A stretch of 64,000 nucleotides of DNA from an uncultured Prevotella sp. (GTDB lineage: Bacteria > Bacteroidota > Bacteroidia > Bacteroidales > Bacteroidaceae): contig CABUXJ010000010.1 in NCBI GenBank assembly GCA_902495455.1, forward strand, positions 15,166 to 79,165, read 5' to 3'. The translations under genes were made by a program, and so were the position numbers. The notes below the pieces were generated by a model. That model made no database searches. It worked only from the letters and a program-made list of their open reading frames with translations, and had not been told where the DNA came from. Of the stretch, positions 39,825 through 48,666 are shown piece by piece (within the stretch, counting starts at the first letter, position 1; every line of letters begins with the position of its first letter).

Positions 39825-41162
39825 TCATACCATATACTCCACAACGAGCCATCCATTGTATATCCACAGATAGACGGCCAGCGCGAGCAGGAGGCTACAG
39901 AGGCCTTTGCGGACATTGCCGGAGGTCGCCTTGAGCAGACAGCCGATGGCTATCGGGACGAAAAACATCCAGTGGAGCGTCATGATGTAGACTTCGAGAA
40001 TGGCGAAGCCAAGAACAAGATGGAGCATGATGTCAATCGAGAACCACGCCAGACAGAGGTGTATCAGACGGTCATGGCGACCCGCCACGATGCCGAGCAG
40101 GAAGAGCAGCATCAACAGGAGCGGGACGGCATATTGGAACGTATACCGGTAGGAAACATAGTTGGGCCGCGTCTCGTTGGTGTCCTGCAGGAGATAGTCG
40201 CAGTGCAGCATGGCCGCCTCGCCGAAAAGATTTTCCACAGTAGCCCTCACGCGCGATGTCGACTTGTCCGTCCACTCAAAATAAGGGCTGTCCACGAGCT
40301 TGTCGCCGCCGTGGGTCTTGCGCCATTCCAGACTCTTTTTCCGTTCGGCGGCAAACTTCGGGTCGGTCTTCATCCGTTGTTCCATCCGCAATTCGTTCGC
40401 CCGGTCCTCCGGCAACTGTATGGCATAGTGCTGCCAAAGATACGCTCCAAGCAGCAGGACGGCCGGCAGGACAGCCGCCGTCAGCAGATAGCGCCACTCC
40501 CAAAACTTCCGGCGGGCGCAGAAGAGGGCGGCCAGCATCGTCTTGCAACCGTTGGTCAGGGTCACGCCCGTGGTCAGCAGAAAGAGCAGGGCGGTCCGCC
40601 AGCGGCTCATCGGGCTCCCGCGACGCAGCGCACGGCCGGCGGCATAGAGCGTGAGAAGAAGGAGGAAGTGGGACAGTCCGTAGTGGTCGGGAACAAAAGA
40701 GCCGACCATGACGTGGGCGAAAGAATAGTAGAGCAGCGTCAGCAGCAGCGCTTCCCAACGGCCGACACCGACCAGTTCGCGCAGGATGCGGTGGATGAGG
40801 ACGACCGAACCGACACCGCAGACGACCAGCACGGCCGCAACGATATAGATGGCGAGGTTCATCCCCGTGTAGTCCATCTGCCAGACGTTCAGCAGATACA
40901 GCGGATACATCAGCACGGAGAGCAGCGGATGGCGGTAGAGGGGATAGTAGATCTTCCAGTTGGACAGCGTCACGTAGGTCAGGTCGTCATATCCCGACAC
41001 GGTGTAATAACGGGTGAACATGCCCCAATAGCCGATGTTGCCGCCACGGGTGAAAAGCTCATGATGGTAGGCGACCATGAGCGCGTTGAGCGCCACCATG
41101 AGAACAAAAGCCAACGGAATGAGCCAACGCTCATCGCGGCGTATCTTCAGAATTGACATCAT
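39825..41162 (-). CDS. Conserved multi-pass membrane protein (DUF6080-like, possibly GT-C)
   Basis: SGYDD, YRHPLL, VPDH, GVTLTN; many TM segments. Confidence 0.65.
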   Translation of the reverse strand: MMSILKIRRDERWLIPLAFVLMVALNALMVAYHHELFTRGGNIGYWGMFTRYYTVSGYDDLTYVTLSNWKIYYPLYRHPLLSVLMYPLYLLNVWQMDYTGMNLAIYIVAAVLVVCGVGSVVLIHRILRELVGVGRWEALLLTLLYYSFAHVMVGSFVPDHYGLSHFLLLLTLYAAGRALRRGSPMSRWRTALLFLLTTGVTLTNGCKTMLAALFCARRKFWEWRYLLTAAVLPAVLLLGAYLWQHYAIQLPEDRANELRMEQRMKTDPKFAAERKKSLEWRKTHGGDKLVDSPYFEWTDKSTSRVRATVENLFGEAAMLHCDYLLQDTNETRPNYVSYRYTFQYAVPLLLMLLFLLGIVAGRHDRLIHLCLAWFSIDIMLHLVLGFAILEVYIMTLHWMFFVPIAIGCLLKATSGNVRKGLCSLLLALAVYLWIYNGWLVVEYMV

Positions 41163-41361
41163 ATACAGATACGGTTATATAATATGCGCTGCAAAGTTAA
41201 TAAAAAATTGTCAGAAAAATCTTTTCAGGCCCTTTCCGCTGCTCCCCGCCCCTCTTTTGGAGCCTCTTTTATCGCCGCCGCGGTCAAATTATCGCCGGCG
41301 ATTGCTATCCCTTTTTCCGCATTTTTCGTATCTTTGCACCATCAACAACCCATCGACAACA

Positions 41362-42813
41362 ATGAACCGACTCATCTGTCTGATCGCCATCCTGGCCGGC
41401 CTGTGGCTTCAGGCGGCAGGCGTCACGACCGACGACTACTCCAAAGCGCCCAAAGAGAAGTATAAGGGCAGCCACAGATATATCTATCGCCTCACGCTGA
41501 GAGACAAGAGCGGGACGCCGTACAGTCTGTCACGGCCGCAGGAGTTTCTCTCCGCAAAGGCGCTGGAGCGCCGTCGCCGGCAAAATCTGGCCGTCGACTC
41601 CACCGACCTGCCCGTCAGCAGAGAGTATGTCGACATGATCCGCAGGCAGAATGTGCGCGTGGCGGGCGTCAGCCGGTGGCACAACACCGTGCTCGTGGCC
41701 ACGGACGACACTGCCGACATCCGCCCCGTGATGGACCTCGGGTGTGTGACGGCATGCCGAAAGGTGTGGCAGGCGCCCGATTCGGTCGCCACACCGATGC
41801 ATTACGGAGAGATACACGACACGTTCCGGAGCTGGGACACGCTGCGGGACGAACGCTACGGCGTCGCCGAAGAGCACATACGCCAATGCGGCGGCCACGC
41901 TCTCCACGACGCAGGCTACCGCGGACGGGGCATGACCATAGCCGTGTTGGACGGCGGATTCATGAACACAGACCGCATACCGGCTCTCGCCGCCATCGAC
42001 ATCCGCGGGCTGCGGGACTTCGTCTACCCGCACTCGAAAAAACGGGCTCGCGACATCGACCACGGTACCAAGGTGCTCTCGGTCATGGGAACCGCCGTGC
42101 CACACGTCTTTGTCGGCACCGCTCCGGAGGCCTCCTACTGGCTCCTGCGATGCGAAGACCCGCGGACGGAACAGCCGGTGGAAGAAGACTACTGGACGAT
42201 GGCGGCCGAATTTGCCGATTCCGTCGGCGTCGACATCATCAACAGCAGCCTCGGATACTACAGTTTCGACGGCCACCGGGGCGACTATGCCTACCGCGAC
42301 ATGGACGGACGGACAGCCTTCATCTCACAATCGGCATCCATGCTGGCCGACAAGGGCATCATACTCGTCAACAGCGCAGGCAACAGCGGCATGGGCTCCT
42401 GGAAGAAAATAACCTTTCCGGCCGACGCCGACGACATACTGACCGTGGGCGCACTGAACACGACGATGGACAACGCACCGTTCAGCGGCGTCGGACCGAC
42501 ACAGGACGGGCGCGTCAAACCGGACCTCATGGCGCCCGGCAGCCCCACCAACGTCATCTCCGGACGCGGCACAATCACCCAGAGCATGGGCACATCGTTT
42601 GCCGCTCCCGTCGTCTGCGGGCTGGTCGCGTGTCTCTGGCAGGCCCGACCCGACCTGACGGCAAAGGAGATCATCCGTCTCGTCCGCTCCTGCGGAGACC
42701 GCTACGACTGTCCGGACAACATCTTCGGATACGGCCGGCCGGACTTCGGCAAGGCAATGGAGGCCCCCTCCGGCTTCCACAAAGGGGAAGAGAACGGTCC
42801 GTACACCTTATAA
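41362..42813 (+). CDS. Secreted S8 (subtilisin-family) serine peptidase
   Basis: Signal peptide from 41362; IAVLDGG, HGT, SAGN, GTSFAAP; TATCTTTG box at 41329. Confidence 0.92.
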   Translation: MNRLICLIAILAGLWLQAAGVTTDDYSKAPKEKYKGSHRYIYRLTLRDKSGTPYSLSRPQEFLSAKALERRRRQNLAVDSTDLPVSREYVDMIRRQNVRVAGVSRWHNTVLVATDDTADIRPVMDLGCVTACRKVWQAPDSVATPMHYGEIHDTFRSWDTLRDERYGVAEEHIRQCGGHALHDAGYRGRGMTIAVLDGGFMNTDRIPALAAIDIRGLRDFVYPHSKKRARDIDHGTKVLSVMGTAVPHVFVGTAPEASYWLLRCEDPRTEQPVEEDYWTMAAEFADSVGVDIINSSLGYYSFDGHRGDYAYRDMDGRTAFISQSASMLADKGIILVNSAGNSGMGSWKKITFPADADDILTVGALNTTMDNAPFSGVGPTQDGRVKPDLMAPGSPTNVISGRGTITQSMGTSFAAPVVCGLVACLWQARPDLTAKEIIRLVRSCGDRYDCPDNIFGYGRPDFGKAMEAPSGFHKGEENGPYTL

Positions 42814-42863
42814 TATATATATTAATAGCACTGACACCTACCATCTGACATCTACCATCCATC

Positions 42864-44123
42864 ATGGAAAAGCCCCTCTCACTACTCGAACTCAACACTC
42901 TCGTGCGCCGCACGATCGAGCGAAGCATGCCCGAACGCTTTTGGGTAGAGGCCGAACTGGCCGAAGCGAGGGAGCGCAACGGCCACTGCTACATGGAACT
43001 GGTACAGAAGGAGCCGTCCTCCAACATTCCCGTGGCACGCGCCTCGGCCAAATGCTGGAGGCAGACGTGGATGCTGTTGCGCCCCCACTTCGAACGAACC
43101 ACCGGCCGGATGTTTCAGGCCGGACTGAAAGTGAAGCTGCAAGTGTACGCCCAGTTTCATGAGACCTACGGCTTCTCGTGGATCATAACCGACGTCGACC
43201 CCTACTTCACGATAGGCGACATGGCCCGGCGCAGGCAGGAAATAATCAACCGGTTGAAGGCCGAAGGAGTGTTTGACCTCAATCGCGAACTGCCATTCCC
43301 GATGTTCCCGCAGCGCATCGCGGTCATCTCGAGCGAGACGGCGGCAGGCTACGGCGACTTCTGCAACCAGCTGGCAGACAACGAATACGGCTTCAGCTTC
43401 ACCACACGACTCTTTCCCGCCATCATGCAAGGCGAGCAAGTGGAGCCGAGCGTGATAGCCGCGCTGAACCGGATAAACCTCTGCTGCGACGATTTCGACT
43501 GCGTGGTGATCATACGCGGAGGCGGCGCCACGGCCGACATGGCGGGTTTTGACACGCTGCTGCTTGCCGAGAACGTCGCCAACTTCCCCTTGCCGGTCAT
43601 CACCGGCATCGGCCACGACCGCGACGAGTCCGTCCTCGACATGGTCGCCAACACCCGGGTGAAGACCCCGACGGCTGCCGCCGCACTGCTGATAAGCCGT
43701 CTCAAGGCCACAGCCGACCGCATCTCGGACTGCCGCGAGCGCATGGTTGCTGCCGTTCGCCGCCGGATGGAGACCGAACGGATGCGCCTCGGCCGTCTCG
43801 CGGAACACATCCCGGCCCTCTTTTCGGTGGTCAAGACACGCCACGAGGCGCGCCTCGACATCCTGCAGCGCCGCCTCACGGCCGCCACGACAGCCCGTCT
43901 GACCTCCGAGCAGCACCGCATCGCCATGCTTTCGCAGCGTGTCAAAGCCCTCGACCCCGCCCTTCTGCTCCGCCGCGGCTACAGCATAACGCTCCACAAC
44001 GGCCGCGCCGTCCGTTCGGCCGATGACCTCCGGACAGGCGACGAGCTTGTCACGAGACTTGCCCGGGGCACAATCCGATCGACCGTCGCGGCGCCAGAAG
44101 ACGACAATCGGGCCTCCATATAA
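42864..44123 (+). CDS. xseA: Exodeoxyribonuclease VII large subunit
   Basis: GHCY, IIRGGG, TGIGHDRD, KTPTAAA, LRRGYS. Confidence 0.95.
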   Translation: MEKPLSLLELNTLVRRTIERSMPERFWVEAELAEARERNGHCYMELVQKEPSSNIPVARASAKCWRQTWMLLRPHFERTTGRMFQAGLKVKLQVYAQFHETYGFSWIITDVDPYFTIGDMARRRQEIINRLKAEGVFDLNRELPFPMFPQRIAVISSETAAGYGDFCNQLADNEYGFSFTTRLFPAIMQGEQVEPSVIAALNRINLCCDDFDCVVIIRGGGATADMAGFDTLLLAENVANFPLPVITGIGHDRDESVLDMVANTRVKTPTAAAALLISRLKATADRISDCRERMVAAVRRRMETERMRLGRLAEHIPALFSVVKTRHEARLDILQRRLTAATTARLTSEQHRIAMLSQRVKALDPALLLRRGYSITLHNGRAVRSADDLRTGDELVTRLARGTIRSTVAAPEDDNRASI

Positions 44124-44199
44124 CCATCGGTCCATCCTCCCATCCCATTATTCCCATCATCCCCATCCCTCCCATAATTCCCATTAATCCCATCATCCC

Positions 44200-44391
44200 A
44201 TGAAGAAATCCCTCAAATACGAAGACGCCGTCCGTGAACTGGAACAGATCGTCCGCCGAATGGAAAACAACGAGCTCGACATCGACACTCTCGGAGAGCA
44301 GCTCAAGACCGCCCAGGAACTCATCCGGCACTGCAACGACAAGCTGACCAAGACCGACAACGACATCAAGAAGATCCTCGCCGGCGAATGA
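44200..44391 (+). CDS. xseB: Exodeoxyribonuclease VII small subunit
   Basis: YEDAVRELEQIVRRME; follows xseA. Confidence 0.92.
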   Translation: MKKSLKYEDAVRELEQIVRRMENNELDIDTLGEQLKTAQELIRHCNDKLTKTDNDIKKILAGE

Positions 44392-44632
44392 CCGCGGCCC
44401 TGTCTGTCAGCGACAGCCACGCCTCCAACCCGCGACAACCGCTCCGTAGCCCCGCGACAACCGTTCCGTCCATCCACGGATGCGGCTCCACCTACCCGCG
44501 CCTACCCCGCCGAAGAGTTGTCAATCGCACTCCGCACACGCCACTTTCCACCGAAAAAGTTTGTCAAAAAAGATTTTTTCGGTATATTTGCACAATCTAA
44601 TGAGCATGTGACACCAACCTGCTGACAACGAC

Positions 44633-44872
44633 ATGGACAAGCTCCGAAGCATCCTGCACCGGACATACGACCTGTATGCCGACGGCTTCCGCCAGATGAC
44701 CATAGGGCGGACGCTGTGGGCTGTCATCCTCATCAAGCTCTTCATAATCTTCGCCGTGCTGAAGATTTTCTTTTTCCCGGACTTCATCAAGACCAATGCG
44801 ACTGACGGCCAAGAGGCCGATTTCGTCGCGACAGAGATGCTCGGGCGCGATGCGTCCGGGGCTCCCGAATAG
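44633..44872 (+). CDS. DUF4492-like small membrane protein (cyd-associated)
   Basis: YADGFRQMTIGRTLW..ILIKLFIIF.VLK.FFFP; TATATTTG box at 44583. Confidence 0.8.
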   Translation: MDKLRSILHRTYDLYADGFRQMTIGRTLWAVILIKLFIIFAVLKIFFFPDFIKTNATDGQEADFVATEMLGRDASGAPE

Positions 44873-44929
44873 TGGTTTGAGGTCAGTCATAATCCAATCT
44901 CCTGCCGACAACAACAAATCAAAACCAAT

Positions 44930-46621
44930 ATGACAAACATCTTGTTAAACATCGACGCAGCAGCCATCGACTGGGCAAGGGCCCAATTCGCCCTCACCGC
45001 CATCTACCACTGGCTGTTCGTGCCGCTCACGCTGGGCCTCGCGCTCATCATGGGCATCATCGAGACCATCTATTGGCGCACGCGCAAGGCCTTCTGGCGT
45101 GACGCCGCCAAGTTCTGGCAAAAGCTCTTCGGCATCAATTTCGCGATGGGCGTAGCCACGGGCATCATCCTCGAATTTGAGTTCGGCACCAACTGGAGCA
45201 ACTACTCATGGTTCGTGGGCGACATCTTCGGCGCTCCGCTGGCCGTGGAAGGCATCATCGCCTTCTTCATGGAGTCCACGTTTGTGGCCGTGATGTTCTT
45301 CGGCTGGAAGAAAGTGTCGGCCGGATTCCACCTCACCGCCACGTGGCTGACCGGTCTCGGGGCCACATTCTCGGCCTGGTGGATACTCGTGGCCAACGCC
45401 TGGATGCAGAATCCGGTCGGATGCCGGTTCAATCCCGACACCATGCGCAACGAGATGACATCGTTCCTCGACGTCGCGCTGTCCCCCGTGGCCGTCGACA
45501 AGTTCTGCCATACCGTCACCTCGGCATGGATCATCGGCGCAATCTTTGTCGTCGCCGTCAGCTGCTACTACCTGCTGCGCGGCCGCGAGAAGAAGCTGGC
45601 CGTCGAAAGCATCAAGGTCGGAGGCATCGTCGGACTCATCGCCTCGCTGCTCGCCGTACACACCGGCGACGGCTCGGCCTATCAGGTGGCACAGGTCCAG
45701 CCCATGAAACTGGCCGCTATGGAGGCCCTCTATGACGGCGGCGAAGCCCAGGGACTCACCGTCATCGCCGCCGTCAATCCCTTCCGTCAGCCCGACTACA
45801 AGGCCGGCGGCGACCCGCCCCTGCGCATCGCCATCCCCTACGGCCTCTCCTTCCTCGCCACACGCGACATCAACGGCTACGTCCCGGGCATCAACGACAT
45901 CATGCGCGGCGGATATATGCTGGAGAACAACACCCGCGAGATATCTATGGATGAAAAAGTGCACCGCGGTCAACTGGCCATCCTGGCTCTCAAGGAGTAC
46001 CGCGAACTGAAAGCCAAGGGCCGCAACGCCCTCCTCTCCTCGGACAAACGTCCCGACATCGACCCCGCTACGGGACTGACCATAGCCGAGGCCAACCGCA
46101 TGCGGGTGCTCGAATACGGCATCAACCAGAACATGCGCTACTTCGGCTACGGCTATATCACCAAGCAGTCGCAGCTCGTCCCCTACATCCCCCTGTGCTT
46201 CTACGCCTTCCGCGCGATGGTCGGACTGGGCGCGCTGTTCATCCTCTTCTTTGCCGTCGTGGTCTTCTTCGCCTTCCGTCGTGACATCACCCGTCCGCGC
46301 TGGCTCCACCGCGCCGCCATCGTCATGCTGCCACTGGGCTACATCGCCAGTGAGGCCGGCTGGCTCGTGGCCGAGTTCGGCCGCCAGCCGTGGGCCATCC
46401 AGGACATGATGCCCACATGGGTCGGCGTGAGCGCCATCGGTAGCGGCAGCGTCGCCACCACGTTCTTTGTCTTCCTCGCCCTCTTCACCGCACTCCTGGC
46501 CGTGGAGATCAGCATCATGGTCCGCGAGATCAAGAAAGGCGGCAAGGAGTCCGCCACGGCAGCCGCCACGCAGTCCGTCGAAGACGGGCAGAGACCGGAA
46601 TCAACAACCCAACAAAAATAA
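44930..46621 (+). CDS. cydA: Cytochrome bd ubiquinol oxidase subunit I
   Basis: RAQFA..AIYHWLFVP, EFEFGTNW, QPMKLAAME, GRQPW. Confidence 0.97.
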   Translation: MTNILLNIDAAAIDWARAQFALTAIYHWLFVPLTLGLALIMGIIETIYWRTRKAFWRDAAKFWQKLFGINFAMGVATGIILEFEFGTNWSNYSWFVGDIFGAPLAVEGIIAFFMESTFVAVMFFGWKKVSAGFHLTATWLTGLGATFSAWWILVANAWMQNPVGCRFNPDTMRNEMTSFLDVALSPVAVDKFCHTVTSAWIIGAIFVVAVSCYYLLRGREKKLAVESIKVGGIVGLIASLLAVHTGDGSAYQVAQVQPMKLAAMEALYDGGEAQGLTVIAAVNPFRQPDYKAGGDPPLRIAIPYGLSFLATRDINGYVPGINDIMRGGYMLENNTREISMDEKVHRGQLAILALKEYRELKAKGRNALLSSDKRPDIDPATGLTIAEANRMRVLEYGINQNMRYFGYGYITKQSQLVPYIPLCFYAFRAMVGLGALFILFFAVVVFFAFRRDITRPRWLHRAAIVMLPLGYIASEAGWLVAEFGRQPWAIQDMMPTWVGVSAIGSGSVATTFFVFLALFTALLAVEISIMVREIKKGGKESATAAATQSVEDGQRPESTTQQK

Positions 46622-46636
46622 AACAATCAAGTCATC

Positions 46637-47779
46637 ATGACATACGCATTTCTTCAACACTACTGGTGGTTCCTCGTATCGCTGCTGGGAGCCCTGCTCG
46701 TCTTCCTGCTCTTCGTCCAGGGAGGCAACTCGCTGCTGCTGTCCATCGGCCGCACCCCCGAAGAGCGCCGTCTGCTGGTCAACTCCACCGGCCGCAAATG
46801 GGAGTTCACGTTCACCACGCTCGTCACCTTCGGCGGAGCCTTCTTCGCATCGTTCCCGCTGTTCTACAGCACCAGTTTCGGCGGAGCCTACTGGCTGTGG
46901 ATGATCATCCTCTTCACCTTTGTGGCCCAGGCCGTGAGCTATGAGTTCCAAAACAAACTGGGCAATCTCGTCGGCCCGCGCACCTTCCAGTGGTGTCTCG
47001 TCGTCAACGGCATTGTCGGCCCGCTGCTGCTCGGCGGGGCCGTGGCCACATTCTTCGACGGCAGCAATTTCATCGTCAGCCGTGACAATCTCGTCGGCGG
47101 TGTCCAGCCCATCATCAGCCATTGGGCCAACGCCTCCCACGGTTTGGACGCCCTGCTCGACCCGTGGAACCTCATCTTCGGCTTCGCCGTCTTCTTCCTC
47201 GCCCGCTGTCTCGGCCTGCTCTACTTCATCAACAACATCGGCGACGAGACCATCCGCAGCCGCTGCAGCGTCCGGCTCATAGGCACATCCGTGCCCTTCG
47301 TCATACTGTTTGTGGCCTTCCTCGTGCGCACCCTGCTCAAGGACGGCTTTGCCGCAGACCCCGCCACAGGCCTCATCGTGATGAAACCGATGAAATATCT
47401 GCACAACCTCGTCGACATGTGGTATGTCGCCGTGACACTCCTCGCCGGCATCGCGCTCGTGCTCTACGGCATCATCCGCACCATCCTCAGCAAGACCTAC
47501 ATCCGCGGCATCTGGCCGGCAGGCGTCGGCACGGTCCTGACCGTCCTGTCCCTGCTGCTCTCGGCCGGATGGAACTCGACAGCCTTCTATCCCTCGACGG
47601 CCGACCTGCAGAGCTCGCTCACGATAGCCAACGCCTGCAGCAGCGAGTTTACGCTCCGCACGATGGCCGTCGTCAGCCTCTTCATCCCCTTCGTGCTCGC
47701 ATACATCATCTACGCATGGCGCGCCATCGACAGCCGCGAGCTCACACGACAGGAGATCGAGAACGACGAAGCCTATTGA
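46637..47779 (+). CDS. cydB: Cytochrome bd ubiquinol oxidase subunit II
   Basis: GRKWEFTFTTLVTFGGAFFASFP; follows cydA. Confidence 0.95.
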   Translation: MTYAFLQHYWWFLVSLLGALLVFLLFVQGGNSLLLSIGRTPEERRLLVNSTGRKWEFTFTTLVTFGGAFFASFPLFYSTSFGGAYWLWMIILFTFVAQAVSYEFQNKLGNLVGPRTFQWCLVVNGIVGPLLLGGAVATFFDGSNFIVSRDNLVGGVQPIISHWANASHGLDALLDPWNLIFGFAVFFLARCLGLLYFINNIGDETIRSRCSVRLIGTSVPFVILFVAFLVRTLLKDGFAADPATGLIVMKPMKYLHNLVDMWYVAVTLLAGIALVLYGIIRTILSKTYIRGIWPAGVGTVLTVLSLLLSAGWNSTAFYPSTADLQSSLTIANACSSEFTLRTMAVVSLFIPFVLAYIIYAWRAIDSRELTRQEIENDEAY

Positions 47780-47801
47780 TGCGGAACGCGACAAGCGCTT
47801 T

Positions 47802-48326
47802 TGTCCGTAAAATTCTGAATTTAAGCGCATTTTTTCGGGGCACTTTCTGAAATTTTCCCGCCGCGCTCTCAAATATTCAAATCTCACGAAGCTCAAAATC
47901 GGGCGGTTTTTCCGGTGGGAAAACCGCCCTTTCTATAAACCATTGTCATACAACCACTTACAATCGCACAGGTCTCCCTCCCCTTGGGGAGGGCGGGGTG
48001 GGACCCTCCCGTAAGGGCCTTATTGCTCTGCAACGGGGCTGCTATTGCTCTCTGGCGGCAGCCCCGTTGCAACATGACGGCGTGCTCGCCAGGATGCAAT
48101 AATGGCCCCATTGCTCGCCGACGACCACTTTTTTGCCCTTTTCCGGCAACCAAAAACTCGCCGACTTTTGTGTTTCAGAAGAGCCGTAAGGCCCTTACGG
48201 GGTTGTTTGAAGCCGCAGGTCTCTCCCCCTTGGGGGAGCCGGAGGGGGCCATCAGAAGTTTTAAGGCCCTTATTGCCCCCGAAAACGCAAATCTTCAAGC
48301 ATTTTTCCGAACACGATTTTGTAAAG
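47802..48326 (-). repeat. Long dispersed element L, copy 4 (reverse orientation)
   Basis: Reverse complement is collinear with copies 1-3. Confidence 0.9.
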
Positions 48327-48353
48327 ATATGTCATACGTAATACCCACCTAAC

Positions 48354-48438
48354 ACCCACCCCAACCCTCCCGAAGGGAGGGAGTTTGAATACCTTAAAGC
48401 ATATCAAGCTCCCTCCCTTCGGGAGGGTTGGGGTGGGT
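48354..48438. repeat. R1 REP-like doublet
   Basis: Inverted pair adjacent to the left end of L copy 4. Confidence 0.9.
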
Positions 48439-48609
48439 GTTGGGGTGGGTGTTGGGGGTGGGTGTTAGGTGGGTTGTAGGAAGCGGATTTTTATTTTCCA
48501 GCCTTTAAAATGTCCAACATCTGTCCACAAAACCAAAAATAACTACTATAAAATCCCTCTTTTCGCCATTTTTTGTTAATATTTCTACCCTCTTTTGAAA
48601 AACATTAAC

Positions 48610-48617
48610 TACCTTTG
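48610..48617 (+). promoter_or_regulatory. Bacteroidetes -7 promoter box
   Basis: TACCTTTG, about 50 nt upstream of ATG 48667. Confidence 0.6.
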
Positions 48618-48666
48618 CCAATATAATCGGACTACCGAAACTATTAACTAACCAAAATAATAAACA

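Noticed and set aside
39696..41156. 486-aa plus-strand ORF and similar long antisense ORFs (26478-27779, 36971-38011, 42882-44135, 45206-46309, 46601-47896, 58166-59266)
   Set aside because: These are shadows of well-supported genes on the opposite strand, expected from GC-biased codon usage, and have no recognisable motifs.
41077..41361. Long N-terminal extensions in the ORF track (S8 from 41077, GH43 from 53419, metG from 33070, SGNH from 17678, AAA from 63338)
   Set aside because: Promoter boxes and signal peptides point to downstream ATGs.
44633..47779. Oxygen reductase in a presumed anaerobe
   Set aside because: cydAB is well known in Bacteroidales, so this is not novel.
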